Below are positions 22,651-35,000 of a stretch of DNA of 64,000 nt, in pieces (within the stretch, counting starts at the first letter, position 1; each line of letters opens with the position of its first letter). Origin of the DNA: Mobula hypostoma (Eukaryota). Where the stretch lies: NCBI RefSeq assembly GCF_963921235.1, contig NC_086097.1, positions 231,758,001-231,822,000 on the forward strand. The letters run 5' to 3'. The translations under genes and the position numbers were made by a program. The notes beneath the pieces are model-generated. The model was not told where the DNA came from and ran no database searches. It saw only the letters and a list, made by a program, of their open reading frames with translations.

Positions 22651-22754
22651 AGTTTTAAAAACTTTCATGCCTTCTTTGGCGTTGTTCCACAGTAGTCTGC
22701 TTTAAAATTTTTTTACAACAGTTTAGAATTCCACCCAATATCTGGTCTGAAGCC

Positions 22755-23012
22755 GTAGCAGAGGTCATCGTTAGCATGATGCTAGTGCAGCTCGAGGTGT
22801 TCCAGAGTTTGGAATTCAATTCGGGTGCCGTTCTGTAAGGATGTCCTGCCAAGGCATGCTTGGCTTTTGTCCAGGTCCTCCGGTTTCCTCACATAATCCA
22901 AGGACAGACCTGGTAGGTTGATTGGTCATTGTAAATTGTACCAGGATTAGCTTTGGGTTAATTAGGTTTGTCGGGGGTTTCTGGGGTGGTATGGCTGTAC
23001 GAATAAATAAAT
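22755..23012 (+). mobile_element. Degenerate V-domain SINE
   Basis: GGAATTCAATTC B box, CTCCGGTTTCCTCACATAATCCAAGGAC core, (AATA)n tail. Confidence 0.7.
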
Positions 23013-23842
23013 AATTAACTCTCAAGAGTTTTGTTTCATAAAAATTTGGAATCTTCAACTCCCAACAATGAAACTGCCAGGGAAATGTCTGAGGCCTCCC
23101 TAATTTAGTCTTCAGAACAGTGAATAGTGTGCTTGATAGTCACGAACACTAAGTATCCCTGTTACTTGATAGAGTGACAGGAAACTGAAGCCATTAAACA
23201 TGAAAATAAATTCTGAGAATTGTTCGAAACTTCCACAATATAAAATTTTAAAATGCAGAGCTCTGAGAATATGGAATGATTCTTAGCTACATTGTAACAT
23301 TGCAAATTCTTAACAATATGTTTGAGAATGGGGAACTTGCTTGATTAAGTGCAGGATTCTCCTTTCTTTTAACTTTGTAATATTTGCAAAATGCTTGATA
23401 GAGCTCTGTGAACAAACAACTCGATTTTGTAGAAAAATGTCATATTTTCCCACATAAATCCATAAATATTAGCATTTCCCCAAATAAATGTCAACTTTAA
23501 GTAATTCCATACAAAAGCAGAAATCCATAATCTGTTGTTAACTTTTGGAGGTTTTTCCTTCAAATGTACCTTGATGCCATATTCTTTGTGGAATCCAGCG
23601 ACAGAGCACAAATACGCGGTGGGGGTCCACCACCACTTAAGTTGATGAGTCCGTACCGCATCCACTACCGGGTAGATCTGGTGAAGGGATATTTAGAGGT
23701 AGACATAGAGAAAGCCCACCAGTCCTGACAGCCCACAATATGGGCCAACATTTTAATTTACTTCAAAATCAATCTAACCTTTCCCTTTTACAAAACCTTC
23801 CATTTTTCTATCATCCATGTACCTATCTAAGAGCTCCTAATG

Positions 23843-23922
23843 TAGGGGTTCCCAGACTGGAATCGACAGACCCCTCGGTTAATGGCAAGGCTCCATGGCA
23901 TAAAAGAAGCTGGGAACCCCTG
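23843..23922. mobile_element. 80-bp hAT-type MITE
   Basis: Terminal inverted repeats TAGGGGTTCCCAG / CTGGGAACCCCTG. TSD only weakly preserved. Confidence 0.7.
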
Positions 23923-24069
23923 GTCTAAAGTATCTGCCTCCACCACCTACAATACTTAACTCTGACATCCCCGCTACACTTTCCTCAAATTACCTGAGAT
24001 TATGCCTGCTTGCTTTGGAAAAGAAAATTCTCAGGCTATCCCTCTATGCTATGGAGGGGAATGGCTGTA

Positions 24070-25760
24070 AAGGCCAAGTAGACCGAGTTTTTGGACGAGG
24101 TGACGAGGGTGATTGATGAAGGTAGAGCTGTGGATATTGCCTACATGGATTTCAGTGAAGGGTTTGAATGGGTCCCTCATGGGAGGCTCATCCAAAAGAA
24201 AGATTAAGATGCAAAGGATCAATGATGAATTAGCCATTTGGAGGGGAGCAGAAGATGGCGGCGTGACGCAGTGTGCGCGGCCGTTCTGAAATGATATTGT
24301 ATTTGTAAGTAGGTACTGAGCACAATCCTGATTTGATGGAGACAGACGTGAGAAGCACGGAGGAACATCTGGAGAAACTTCTGAAATGCCCGCTTCGCTG
24401 CCGCTGCTACTGTGCGATCGAGAATCTCCGGAGGGGAAGGCCCCAAATCCTCGGCTTTGCCTATTGCCGGGGCCGGGGTTGAAGCGCTCGGCAGAGATGG
24501 CGCTCGGTGTCAGAGGGCTGGTCGGAGGCTCGAAGTTTTCGGATGGACTCAAGAGTTGGCTGTGGTCGGGTGCTTCCAGCGTGCTGCATCGGCAAGTTTG
24601 TGGCACTGGAAGCTCATGGCAGGAAGAGTTTTTCTTCCTTCTACCATCTGTGTGAGATGATGGGACTTTCGAGAGACTTTGAGACTTTTTTTTACCATGC
24701 TCATGGTCTGTTCTTTATCAAATTACAGTATTGCTTTGCACTGTTGTAACTATATGTTATAATTATGTGGTTTTGTCAGTTTTTTTAGTCTTGGTTTGTC
24801 TTGTATTTCAGTGATATCATTCTGGAGGAACATTGTATCATTTCTTAATGCATGCATTACTAAATGACAATAAAAGAGGACTGCATGTCCTCATAATCTA
24901 ATCTAATCTAATCTAAAAATCTAATCTAATTTGGATTCAGAACTGGTTTATCCATAGAAGAGAGAGGCAATGGTCAATGGAAGGTCTGTGGATTAATGGT
25001 GTTCTCCAGTGATCTGTACTGGGACCTCTGTTGTTTGTGATGTATATAAATGACCTGGATGAATGCGTAAATTGGTGGTGCTGTGGATAGCAAAGAATAC
25101 AGCAGGATATAGATCAGTTGCAGGTATGGGTGTAGAAATGGCAGATGGACAAATGTGAAGTGTTGCATCTTGGTAGGTCAAATGTAAAGAGGTTGATCCT
25201 TAACAGTGTAGATGAGCAGAGGGATCTTGCAATATAAAGTCATAGCTTCCTGAAAGTGGCTACACAGGTTGATAGGGTGGTTAGTAAAGCATATGACATG
25301 CTTGTCTTTATTAGTCAACACACTGAGTTCAAAAGTCAGGAAGATATGTTGCAGCTTTATCAAACTACATGGGCTGCATCTGGAGTATTGCTTATAATTC
25401 TGGTCGCCCCATTATAGGAAGGTTGTCAAGGCTTTGGAGATGGTGCAGAAGAGGTAATGAGAGGTTGGATAAACTTGGGTTGTTTTCTCTGGAGTGGGGG
25501 ATGCTGAGGGGAGATCTGATAGAGGCTTGTAAGATTATGAGAGGCATAGATAGAGTAGAAGGTATCTTTTTCCCCCAGGTTGAAATGTCTAACAACAAGG
25601 GGCATGCTTTTAAGATGAGAAGGGGTAATTTTAAAGGAGATGTTAGAGGCAAGTTTATTACATAGAGTGGTGAGTGCCTGAAATGCTCTGCCTGGGGTGA
25701 TGGTAGAGGCAGATACAGATCATTAGGGACTTTTAAAAAACGTTTAGATAGGCACTTCAC
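24070..25760 (+). mobile_element. Degenerate CR1 RT/3' region interrupted at 24243-24928
   Basis: EFLDEVTRVIDEGRAVDIAYMDF; GPLLFVMYINDLD; MLRGDLIEACKIMRG. Confidence 0.85.
24243..24928 (+). mobile_element. Non-coding non-autonomous retroelement (GC-rich 5' part, LINE-like 3' tail)
   Basis: Starts GGGGAGCAGAAGATGGCGGC and ends AATAAAAG...(TAATC)n. TSD ATTTGGA (24236-24242, 24929-24935) restores the host CR1. Confidence 0.75.
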
Positions 25761-26214
25761 TGTACGTAATACCGAAGCATGTGAGTATTGTTCATTTGCT
25801 CTTGTTAGTGAGCAGCAGGTGGAGGGAGCATGGATTCTGTGAAGATTGTAGACTTCTCAATGGTGGAGGGCAATGCTAACTTAGTTTTTCCACACACAGT
25901 GTTTAAACTTGGCGTCGCTACTGTCCAGGATTCCATGCCTCCAATATCCAGCCGATCCATAATGCACTGTACCAATCAATATTCAGTATCCTGATAACAG
26001 TGATGATGTCATCATTCTGTGTCAGGTGACCGTGACATTTATGTTGCAGCCACCATGACAAACCAGTCAGTGGTCATTGGGCAAAAACAGCCATCCAGTT
26101 ATGGTTCAGCTGTTGACTTTTAGCATAGAACATAGACCAGTACAACATAGTCAAGAATTTTCAACCCATACTGTTGTGCTGGCTTTTTAAACTACTCCAA
26201 GACTGAACTTTTAA

Positions 26215-26495
26215 AGATCAAAGATTAGTTTTATTTGTCACATGTGCATCAAAACAGCAAAATATGCAGTGAAAAGTAATATTTGCATCAATGACAACAT
26301 TCGAGGGGACAGCCAACTCGTGTCGGCACACTTCCAACACCAATGTAGCGTGTCCACAACTTACTAACTGTAACCCAGATGTCTTTGGAATGTGGGAGGA
26401 AACTGCTGCTCCAGGAGGAAAACCACACGGTCACAGAGAGAATGTAAAAACTTACAGACAATGGCTGGAATGAACCTGGGTTAGCATTATGCTAA
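26215..26495 (-). mobile_element. V-domain SINE
   Basis: Plus strand GTCTTTGGAATGTGGGAGGAAAC...GGAAAACCACACGGTCAC is the reverse complement of the V core. Confidence 0.75.
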
Positions 26496-27106
26496 CCCAA
26501 AGCTCCTTTCCCCTGTAACCCTCTATTTTTCTTCCACCCATTAACACCGCATATTCGAACACAACATAGGCACTGTGGGTGTACCCACACCTCAGGGACT
26601 GCAGCAGTTCACGAAGGCACCTCATCGCCACCTTCTCAAGGGTGACTAAGGATGGCTTAACTGGTGATGGCCACATCCTGTAAATGAATACATTTTTTAA
26701 AAGAGTGAGTTCAGTAAATGCATACCATGGTATCATGCAAAGTGCAAAACAGCATACAATTGATGTGTTCAAGCAATGATTTTGTTACTTAGACTCTTTC
26801 AGAGGTGCCCTGAGGTATTTACTAGAACACCATGTGAACTCCTGCCAAGCCAACATGTTAATCAAGAAAATGGTTGATGCTGCTATGACAGTGATATCAT
26901 TATAATGAGCAGATGCACAAATTTGGTGGTCTGCCTGCATTGAGTTAATTGTATATTCTAATTCTGAAAACTGTTTCTGGGAAGTTTCACATTTGTTCCC
27001 CATGACGTTTGAAGTAGGTGTTTAAAAAAACATGACTGGAAGGTGGAAAATCACAGCTGAAAGTTAAGGCAAATGACCTAAATTTGTGGCCAAGCTACCG
27101 TTATTA

Positions 27107-27241
27107 ATAACACAAAATTCTCTGCAGATGCTGGGGTCAAAGCAACACACACAACACGCTGGAGGAACTCAGCAGGTCAGGCAGCATCAGTGGAAACGAA
27201 TTCGTTTTCACGGATGCTACCTGACCTGCTGAGTTCCTCCA
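27107..27241. mobile_element. Palindromic PLE terminal fragment
   Basis: Hairpin 27160-27241 centred on GAATTC. TSD ACCGTTATTA / ACCATTATTA. Confidence 0.8.
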
Positions 27242-27300
27242 CCATTATTATTTTCTGGTATTTTGGTTTTGGGCTGTTAAAAGAAGCTCACAAATTACAC

Positions 27301-27452
27301 TAAGCAACAGTCAATGTTTCGGGCCAAGACTCTTCAGCAGGGCTCATTGTACATTTTTCCACAGATGCTGCCTGGCCTGTGGAGGTCCTCCAGCATTCTG
27401 TGTGTGCTACTTGAATTTCCAGCATCTGCACATTTTCTCTTGTTTGTGATTT
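27301..27452. mobile_element. Degenerate inverted PLE terminal fragment with hammerhead remnant (-)
   Basis: CAGTCAATGTTTCGGGCCAAGACTCTTCAGCAGGG. TSD AAATTACAC (27292-27300, 27453-27461). Confidence 0.75.
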
Positions 27453-27909
27453 AAATTACACAAGGGTTTTTTACCCAGGTACAAATGAAGATCTTCAATC
27501 CAGATTTGTTAGGACCAGGCAGTATTTGATTAATTCAATTATAGGTAGCAATCCTTGTCACAGTTCAATAATTTTTGTTTGAAATTCTTAGTGCTGTTTT
27601 TAACATTATTTCATTTTGGTTTCATAAGTAAATAAATACCATGAAAATTAATAGGATTTTAAACAACATTTATTTTACTTAATAGACTTGTTGGCAATTA
27701 TAAATAGTTCTTTAATGAGTATTTACTTTCCAAGGTTCATTTTCTCCTTGATTGGTTTCCCCAGGTTACAGTAAGCACCTGGAATGAACACTATCATTCC
27801 TGTCAGGGTTGTGTTTCTTACAATAGCTTGTACCTGTGTGTCCCAGCAAGTGCTGTGTACGTAGAGAGGATAAGTCTTTTCTTAGCTTGCTTGTTCATCT
27901 CTGCATAAT

Positions 27910-28164
27910 TTTAAGGTGATTGGAGCAATGTATGGGGGGAGGGGGATATAGAATGTAATTTTTTTTCAGGGAGAGTGATGGGTGCATGAAACACCCTTCC
28001 AGGAGTGGTGGAAGAACCTCTTTTAAGAACCTGTTAAATAGGCAAATGGACGATAGAAACAATAGCGGGTTATGTAGGAGGGAAGGGTTAGATTGACTCT
28101 AGAGCAAGATAAAAGGCTGTCACAACATTGTGGGCCAAAGGCCTGTACTGTGCTGTAGTGTTCT
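27910..28164 (+). mobile_element. CR1 3' end
   Basis: GAGAGTGATGGGTGCATG...TGTGGGCCAAAGGCCTGTACTGTGCTGTAGTGTTCT. Confidence 0.7.
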
Positions 28165-29710
28165 GAGACCATAAAACATAGGAATAGAATTAAGCCATTC
28201 AGCCCATCGAGTCCGCTCCGCCATTTCATCGTGGCTGACCTCAGGTCCCATTTAACCCCATACACCATATGCCTTATCACCATATCCCTTGATTCCCCAG
28301 CCAATCAGGAATTTATCAACTTCTGCTTTAAATACACCCAAGGACTTGGCCTCCTCCACAGTCTGTGGCAGAGCATTCCACATATTCAGCACTCTTTGAC
28401 TAAAAGAAATCTTCTTTCTTCTGTTCTGAAAGGTCGCCCCTTAATTTTGAGTCTGTGCCTTCTAGTTCTAGATACCCCCACCAGAGGAAACATCCTCTCC
28501 ACATTCACCTTACCTAGTCCTTTCAACATTCGGTAGCTTTCAATGAGATCCCCCACCACCTGCATTCTTCTAAATTCCAGTGAGTACAGGCCCAAAGCTG
28601 CCAAACACTCCTCATATGTTAGCTCCTTCATTCATGGAATCATCCTTGTGAACCTCCTCTGGACTCTCTCCAATGACAATACATCCTTACTGAGATAAGG
28701 GGCCCAAATCTGTTGACAATACTCCAAGTGCAGCCTGACTAGTGTCTTATAGAATTCTGGCATTATCTCTTTGCTTTTATATTCTATTCCCTTTGAACTA
28801 AATATCAACACTGCATGTGCCTTCTTTACCACAGACTCAGCCTATGAATTAACCTTCTGGGAGTCTTGCACAAGGACTTCTAAGTCCCTTTTTACCTCTG
28901 ATGTTTGAATTTTCTCCCCATTTAGATAATAATTTGCACTATTGTTCTTTTTACCAAAATGCATTATCATACATTTCCCAACACTGTATTCCATCTGCCA
29001 CTTTTTTGCCCACCCTTCCAATTTGTCTAAGTCCTGCTGCAATCGCATTGCTTCCTCAGCACTACCTACCCCTCCATTATCTTTTTATCATCCACAAACT
29101 TTGCCACAAAGCCATCAGTTCCACTATCTAAACAACAGGAATTCTGCAGATGCTGGAAATTCAAGCAACACACATAAAAGTTGCTGGTGAACGCAGCAGG
29201 CCAGGCAGCATCTCTAGGAAAAGGTGCAGTCGACGTTTCAGGCCGAGACCCTTTGTCAGGACTAACTGAAGGAAGTGTCCAACTTTCAAATCCCTTACTC
29301 ACTCTTCCTTCAGTTAGTCCTGACGAAGGGTCTCAGCCTGAAACGTCGACTGCACCTTTTCCTAGAGATGCTGCCTGGCCTGCTGCGTTCACCAGCAACT
29401 TTTATGTGAGTTCCACTATCTAAATCACGGACAAACAATGTGAAAAGTACTGGTCCCAATACTAACCTCTATGGATCACCACTAGTCTCTGGCAGCCAAC
29501 CAGAAAAGGGCCCTTTTATTCCCACTCACTGCCTCTTGTCTGTTAGCCATTCCTCTATCCATGCCAGTATCTCTCCTGTAACACCATATGATTTTATCTT
29601 GTTAAGCAGCCTCATGTGTGGCACCTTATCAAATGCCTTCTGAAAATCCAAGTAAATGACATCCACTGCCTCTCCTTTGTCCACCCTGCTTGTTACTTCC
29701 TTGAAGAAAA
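28165..29710 (-). mobile_element. CR1 RT and 3' end, interrupted by a PLE palindrome
   Basis: AFDKVPH, FVAKFVDD, LQQDLDKLEGWAKKWQM, YKTLVRLHLEYC, ALGLYSLEFRRM. Confidence 0.92.
29133..29408. mobile_element. Head-to-head PLE terminal-repeat insertion with hammerheads at 29227-29263 (-, core mutated to CTGACAA) and 29316-29352 (+)
   Basis: About 105-bp inverted arms. Perfect 16-nt TSD AGTTCCACTATCTAAA (29117-29132, 29409-29424). Confidence 0.92.
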
Positions 29711-29988
29711 CTGGCAGTCAACCAGAAAAGGGCCCCTTTATTCCCACTCGCTTTCTCCTGCCTGTCAATACTATTCTATGTTCTATGTATACGTTGTTTG
29801 GAATGTAATGAAAGGAGAGCACTGTGATTACATAAATAATTTGTTCAACTCTAATAAATGAATGTAATTATTTGTGGCATCTTTCTCTATGGACACTCTC
29901 TCAACTCTCACATTTATGAAAAAGGTGCCTTGGTTTTGCTTACATTTTCAGCCATCCTGTCATAAAGCACAAACTCGGAACTCAAATA

Positions 29989-31059
29989 CAGTGGATTCCA
30001 GTTCATTGGGACACATCAGGACCAGTACGTTTTGGCCCAGTTAAGTGGCCCCAATTAGCTGAAGTTTCATGGAAATAATTTTTAAAATATAACAAAGACA
30101 AACCATTTAACTGAGTAACAAATCATATATTTAAATGAATGCTACCAATGGCCAACATGAGGGGCATAGTTTTAAGGTGCTTGGAAATAGATACCAAGGG
30201 GATGTCAGGGGTAAGTTTTTCACACAGAGAGTGGTGGGTGTGTGCAATGCACTGCCAGTGGCAGTGGTGGAAGTGGATACAATAGGGTCTTTTAAGAGCC
30301 TCTTAGATAGTACATAGAGTTTAGGAAAATAGAGGGCTATGCACCAGAGAAATTCTAGGCAGTCTCTAGAGCAGGTTACGTGGTCGACACAACATCGTGG
30401 GCCGAAGGGCCTGTATTGTGCTGTAAAGTTCTATGTTCTATGTTCAGTACTATTACAGTACTATAAAACTGCATATTTGTTCCCAATCGTTATCAACAAA
30501 GGAATTCATCCAGTGTACCCAGCTGTATTCTTTTGACTGACTGTAAATGAACAAAATCAATAATCAAACACCAAGTGCAGATAATGGACGACCTTCATAC
30601 AATGATTTCGATGATTGCAGTGTCCAAATCTTCATTTTCATAAGAATATTCAAGATGATTGTCGATATCTTCAAATTCTTTGTAGTTCCATTTCATTTTC
30701 TCTTTTTGCCTTTTCTGGCATCTCCAAACCTGAATGCTTGAAACTGCGGTGAGCTAAACAGTTCTCTATTATCTTACTGTTTATTTCCTGCCAACTATCA
30801 GTGACAAAAATTGCTATATTTTTAATGCAATCACATGCTAGTGATGCTATTTAAAAATTGCTCTAAGTGCGGTGTAGTATCTAACGACAACACAGGTGCA
30901 CACGACCGATGCTATCTCCTGTCCGAATTAAGCAGCATGGTGTCCCAAATAAATAAAGGGAGTCCTGGCTAATTTCTTGATTAGTTTTTGTTCTTAACAG
31001 TTGTCCCAAATAAGCAGCTTCCCCTATTAACCAATGGCCCAATTAACTGGAATCAACTG
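29989..31059. mobile_element. Non-autonomous pogo/Tigger-like DNA transposon containing a CR1 3' insertion (~30145-30445)
   Basis: TIRs CAGTGGATTCCAGTTCATTGGGACA / TGGCCCAATTAACTGGAATCAACTG, both flanked by TA. Confidence 0.8.
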
Positions 31060-31884
31060 TATATGCATCATTCTTAGAATAAAATTCTTAATTGCTCCTG
31101 TGCCTTGTATTATCAACACCAAAACTCCCCTCAGGTTACACATTTTTTTTGTAGAATTAGTATATTTCAGTTTTTTGCATAATTATGCCCATGACGAGTA
31201 TTCTCTTTCGATCACTGCAGTCAGCAGCATTGCTTGGACACTTCATAAACACAAGTGTCACAAATTTAATATGGTAGCACATGAAAAAGCTTCATTGGGA
31301 AGACATAATTCACTACAGTGGAAATCCTAAATATATTTGGGTTTTATGTTTTCAAACAGCAGATATTGTGACTGGTGTTTTATATTATATCGATTGTATT
31401 GTATATTATCGTATTTTATATTGTGTTGTGTTGTATAAGCATCATTGATCAATTTTATTTTCATCCATCTGGTCTTCATCTCTGAAGTAAAACTTTATGA
31501 TGCAATTAAATTACAGTATTCCTCATGTTATGGCTTTTCTTGGAAAGTTATGGAGAAACCCAGTTGTTTTCCCTGTGCATTTCCAGGAATCCAACATAAT
31601 ACTGATAAGGGGCCGTAGGCTGCCACAGTTAATCTGCAGAAATCCCTAGACTTGCTCTTGTTTCAAACTTTGGGTGAAAGTCCTTTTTAAACATATTGGC
31701 AGCTCAGATTTTAAAATGATGAGAAATCCCTGTTATGGGCGGGGGGGAGACAGGGGGTGCGGGTATCGATTCCTCCAGCATTTTGTGTGTGTTGCTCAAG
31801 ATTTCCAGCATCTGCAGAATCTCTTGTGTTCAAATACGGTGGATGCTCGCAGGCACTTTTCTCTGTAGGTTTCATGAGATGAGA

Positions 31885-32148
31885 AAATTGAAACCTTTTA
31901 GGATGAAAATTGAAATCTTTAAGGGGAATGTGAGGGGAAGCATCGTCACTAAGAGGGTGGTGTGAGGGTGGAATGAGCTGACAGATGCTGGCTAAGTTGT
32001 GACGTCAAGAGAACTTTGGATAGGTACATGGATGGGAGGGGTTTGCAGGAACTTGGTCCATCTACAGATAGATTGGACTAGGCAGAAGATCAGGTCGGCA
32101 TAAATTAGATGTGCCTGAGGGCTTGTTTCCGTGCTGCAGTGACTCTAA
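31885..32148 (+). mobile_element. CR1 3' end
   Basis: FKGNVRGSIVTKRVV...WNEL plus CR1 3' UTR. Confidence 0.7.
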
Positions 32149-32234
32149 AACCCTTGCTTGACATAGTTTGAATTGGGATTAGGTCTGTGGCAGATCTGTT
32201 GATAAGAATCAGAGTTTGCATGTTATCATGCGTA

Positions 32235-32325
32235 ACATATACAAAATGCTGGAGGAATTTAGCAGCTCAGGCAACATCCATAGAAAGAATAAACAGTCAA
32301 CATTTTGGGCCGAGATGCTTCATCA
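32235..32325 (-). mobile_element. Older PLE terminal fragment ending in a hammerhead remnant
   Basis: Minus strand TGATGA-AGCATCTCGGCCC-AAAATGTTGACTG. Confidence 0.7.
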
Positions 32326-32351
32326 CCATTATTCCTAAATTACAACTGACA

Positions 32352-34780
32352 TAGAGTCATAGAAAAGTACAGCACAGACAGGCCTTTCGGCCCAACTAGG
32401 CCAAGCCAAAACCATTTAAACTGCCTACTCCCATCAACCTACACCAGGACCATAGCCCTCCATATCCCTATCATCCATGTACCTATCCATACTCTATCAA
32501 ATCTCCTCTTAATCTTCTATGTTCCAGGGAATAAAGTCTTAACCTATTCTCTGTACTCTTTCAATCACATTTACATCTTTCTTGTAGGTAGGTGACCAAA
32601 ACTGCACACAATACTCCAAATTAGGTCTCATTAATCCCTTATACAACTTCAACATAACATTCTGTACTAAATGCTTTCATTTATGCAGGCCAATGTGCCA
32701 GAAATTTTCTTTATGACCCTACCTAACTGTGACACCACTTTCAATGAATTTTGGACCTGTATTCCCAGATCCCTTTGTTTTTCCACACCCCTCAGTGCCC
32801 TGCCATTCACTGTGTAAGATCTACCCCGGTTGGTCCCCCTGAAGTGCAACACCTCCCACCCATCCACATTAAATTCCATCTGCCATTTTTCCAGCTGATC
32901 CAGATCCCGCTGCAAGCCTTGACAGTTCTCCTCACCAATCCTAGTGTCATCTGCAAATCCGCTGTCCAGCCCACCACACCACCATCCAGATCACTGACAT
33001 GGATGGCAGACAACAACAGATTTAGCAATGATCCCTGCGGCCTCCAGACATAATGGAACCCATCTGCCACCACTCTCTGGCCTCAACCACAAAGCCAATG
33101 ACCAGTCCAATCCAATACCCAGCGTTGAATGGTGAGTGATTGAATCTTCTTGAACAACCTTTGATGCGGACCCAGTCAAATGCCTCACTAATGTCTGACT
33201 TCACCAACCCTCCCGGTAACCTCCCGAAAATACTCCGCAGGGTTGGTTAGACGTGACCTACCATGCACAAAGCCATGTTGCCTATCCATTACCAGTCTAT
33301 GTCTATCCAAATACTCATATATAGGGTCCCTTAGAACTGCGGTCCCCAACCACTGGGCCGCAGACCGGTACCGGGCTGCAAAACATTTGCTACCAGGCCG
33401 CGAGGAAACGATATGATTTGGCGATAGGAGTCAGCTGCACCTTTCCTCATTCCCTGTCATGCCCACTGTTGAGCTTGAACGCACGCGAGGTCATTACGTA
33501 TGCGAGGTCATGACCCGTGCGTCATCCATGTCAGCGCGGGAAGGAGATCAACTCCTTGAGCTTGCAGATGATGGCGCATGTTTGACATAACATCTTTGCC
33601 GGCATTCTGGATCAAAGTCAAGGCTAAATATCCTGAGATAGCCATGAAAGCACTGAAAATGTTGCTTCCATTTCCAACATATCTCTGCAATGAATGCAAC
33701 GAAAACTAAATTGCAGAATATACTGGACGTAAGGAACCCCCTTCGAGTATTGCTGTCTCCCAACACCCCTCGATGGGACCGTCTTGTTGCAGGGAAACAA
33801 GCCCAGGGCTCCCACTGATTCAGTAATATTGGTGTGTTGCAATGATTTTATATGCTCATACGAGGAAAATATGCGCTGTGTGTTTAATATCCAAACGTTA
33901 CTTAAAATGTTATGATGCTATTGACTTATATAACCATATAACAATTACAGCACGGAAACAGGCCACCTCGGCCCTTCTAGTCCGTGCCGAACGCTACTCT
34001 CACCTAGTCCCACCGACCTGCACTCAGCCCATAACCCTCCATTCCTTTTCTGTCCATATACCTGTCCAATTTTTCTTTAAATGATAATACCGAACCTGCC
34101 TCTACCACTTCTACTGGAAGTTCGTTCAACACTTACTTCAAGCTCCCCTGATAATTGACTTATTGCTATATTCATGCAAGGAAAATATGCGCTGTGTGTT
34201 TAATATTAAATTCGTTAGATAAACCCTTTTAGACACGAAATTGAATGTATTAGCCACTCATCACCTATATTGCGTTCGTGATTAACAGCCCCCGAACAGA
34301 ATCGCCAAAAACGATTTATAGAAAAAATTCGGCAGCGTACACGCATGCGCACTGGTGCCCGTGCAAGGCTTCATGGTCATTGTAGTCTTTCTCGGGTCAA
34401 CCCAACGTATTTGACAGCTACTCTTGTTTGTTGGCAACCCTACCACCCCCACCACCCCCACCGGTCTGCCAGTCCGCAAGAATATTGTCAATATGAAACC
34501 GGTCCGCAGTGCGATAAAGGTTGGAGACCCCTGCCTTCGAATACCTTCCAATATCTTTACCATTATTGACGTCAGATTTCGTGGCTTATAATTTCCTGTT
34601 TCATTGTTAGAGCCCTTCTCTAACAGCAGAACAACATCGGCTATCCTCCAATCCTCTGGTACCTCACCTGTCATGAAGGATGATTTAAGTATTTCTGCCA
34701 GGGCCCTGGCAATTTCTGCACTTGCCTCCCACAAGGTCTGAGGGAAAACCTTGTCAGGCCCTGGGGGTTTATCCACCCTA
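32352..34780 (-). mobile_element. Degenerate CR1 interrupted by a hAT element
   Basis: DKPPGPDKVFP...VPEDWRIADV (ORF 34282..34803); MQRDLDQLEKWQMEFN (ORF 32667..32915). Confidence 0.85.
33337..34533 (+). mobile_element. Non-autonomous hAT (Charlie/Buster-like) transposon with transposase C-terminal remnant
   Basis: TIRs CTGCGGTCCCCAACC / GGTTGGAGACCCCTG and 8-bp TSD CCTTAGAA / CCTTCGAA. 33577-33818 reads FWIKVKAKYPEIAMKALKMLLPFPT...KTKL...PRWDRLVAGKQAQGSH*. Confidence 0.88.
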
Positions 34781-34781
34781 G

Positions 34782-35000
34782 TGTGAGTTTGGTGCGAAGA
34801 CACTGATTTTCGTACAAGATGTCATATCTGAAGAGGGAGTGAAGCCTAGCCCAAGAAAGAAGTCAGCCATTGAAATCACGGAGAGGCCCCCAAACAAAGC
34901 AGAGGTGACACATTTCTTGGGGATGGTGACTTGTCTGGTTAAGTTCATCCCTCGACTGTGAGCTGTGTCAGCACAGCTTAGGTCACTCCTTGAGCAGAAA
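34782..35000 (+). mobile_element. Ty3/Gypsy pol (RT end) remnant
   Basis: Manual translation DVISEEGVKPSPRKKSAI...PPNKAEVTHFLGMVTCLVKFIPRL*AVSAQLRSLL. Confidence 0.7.
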
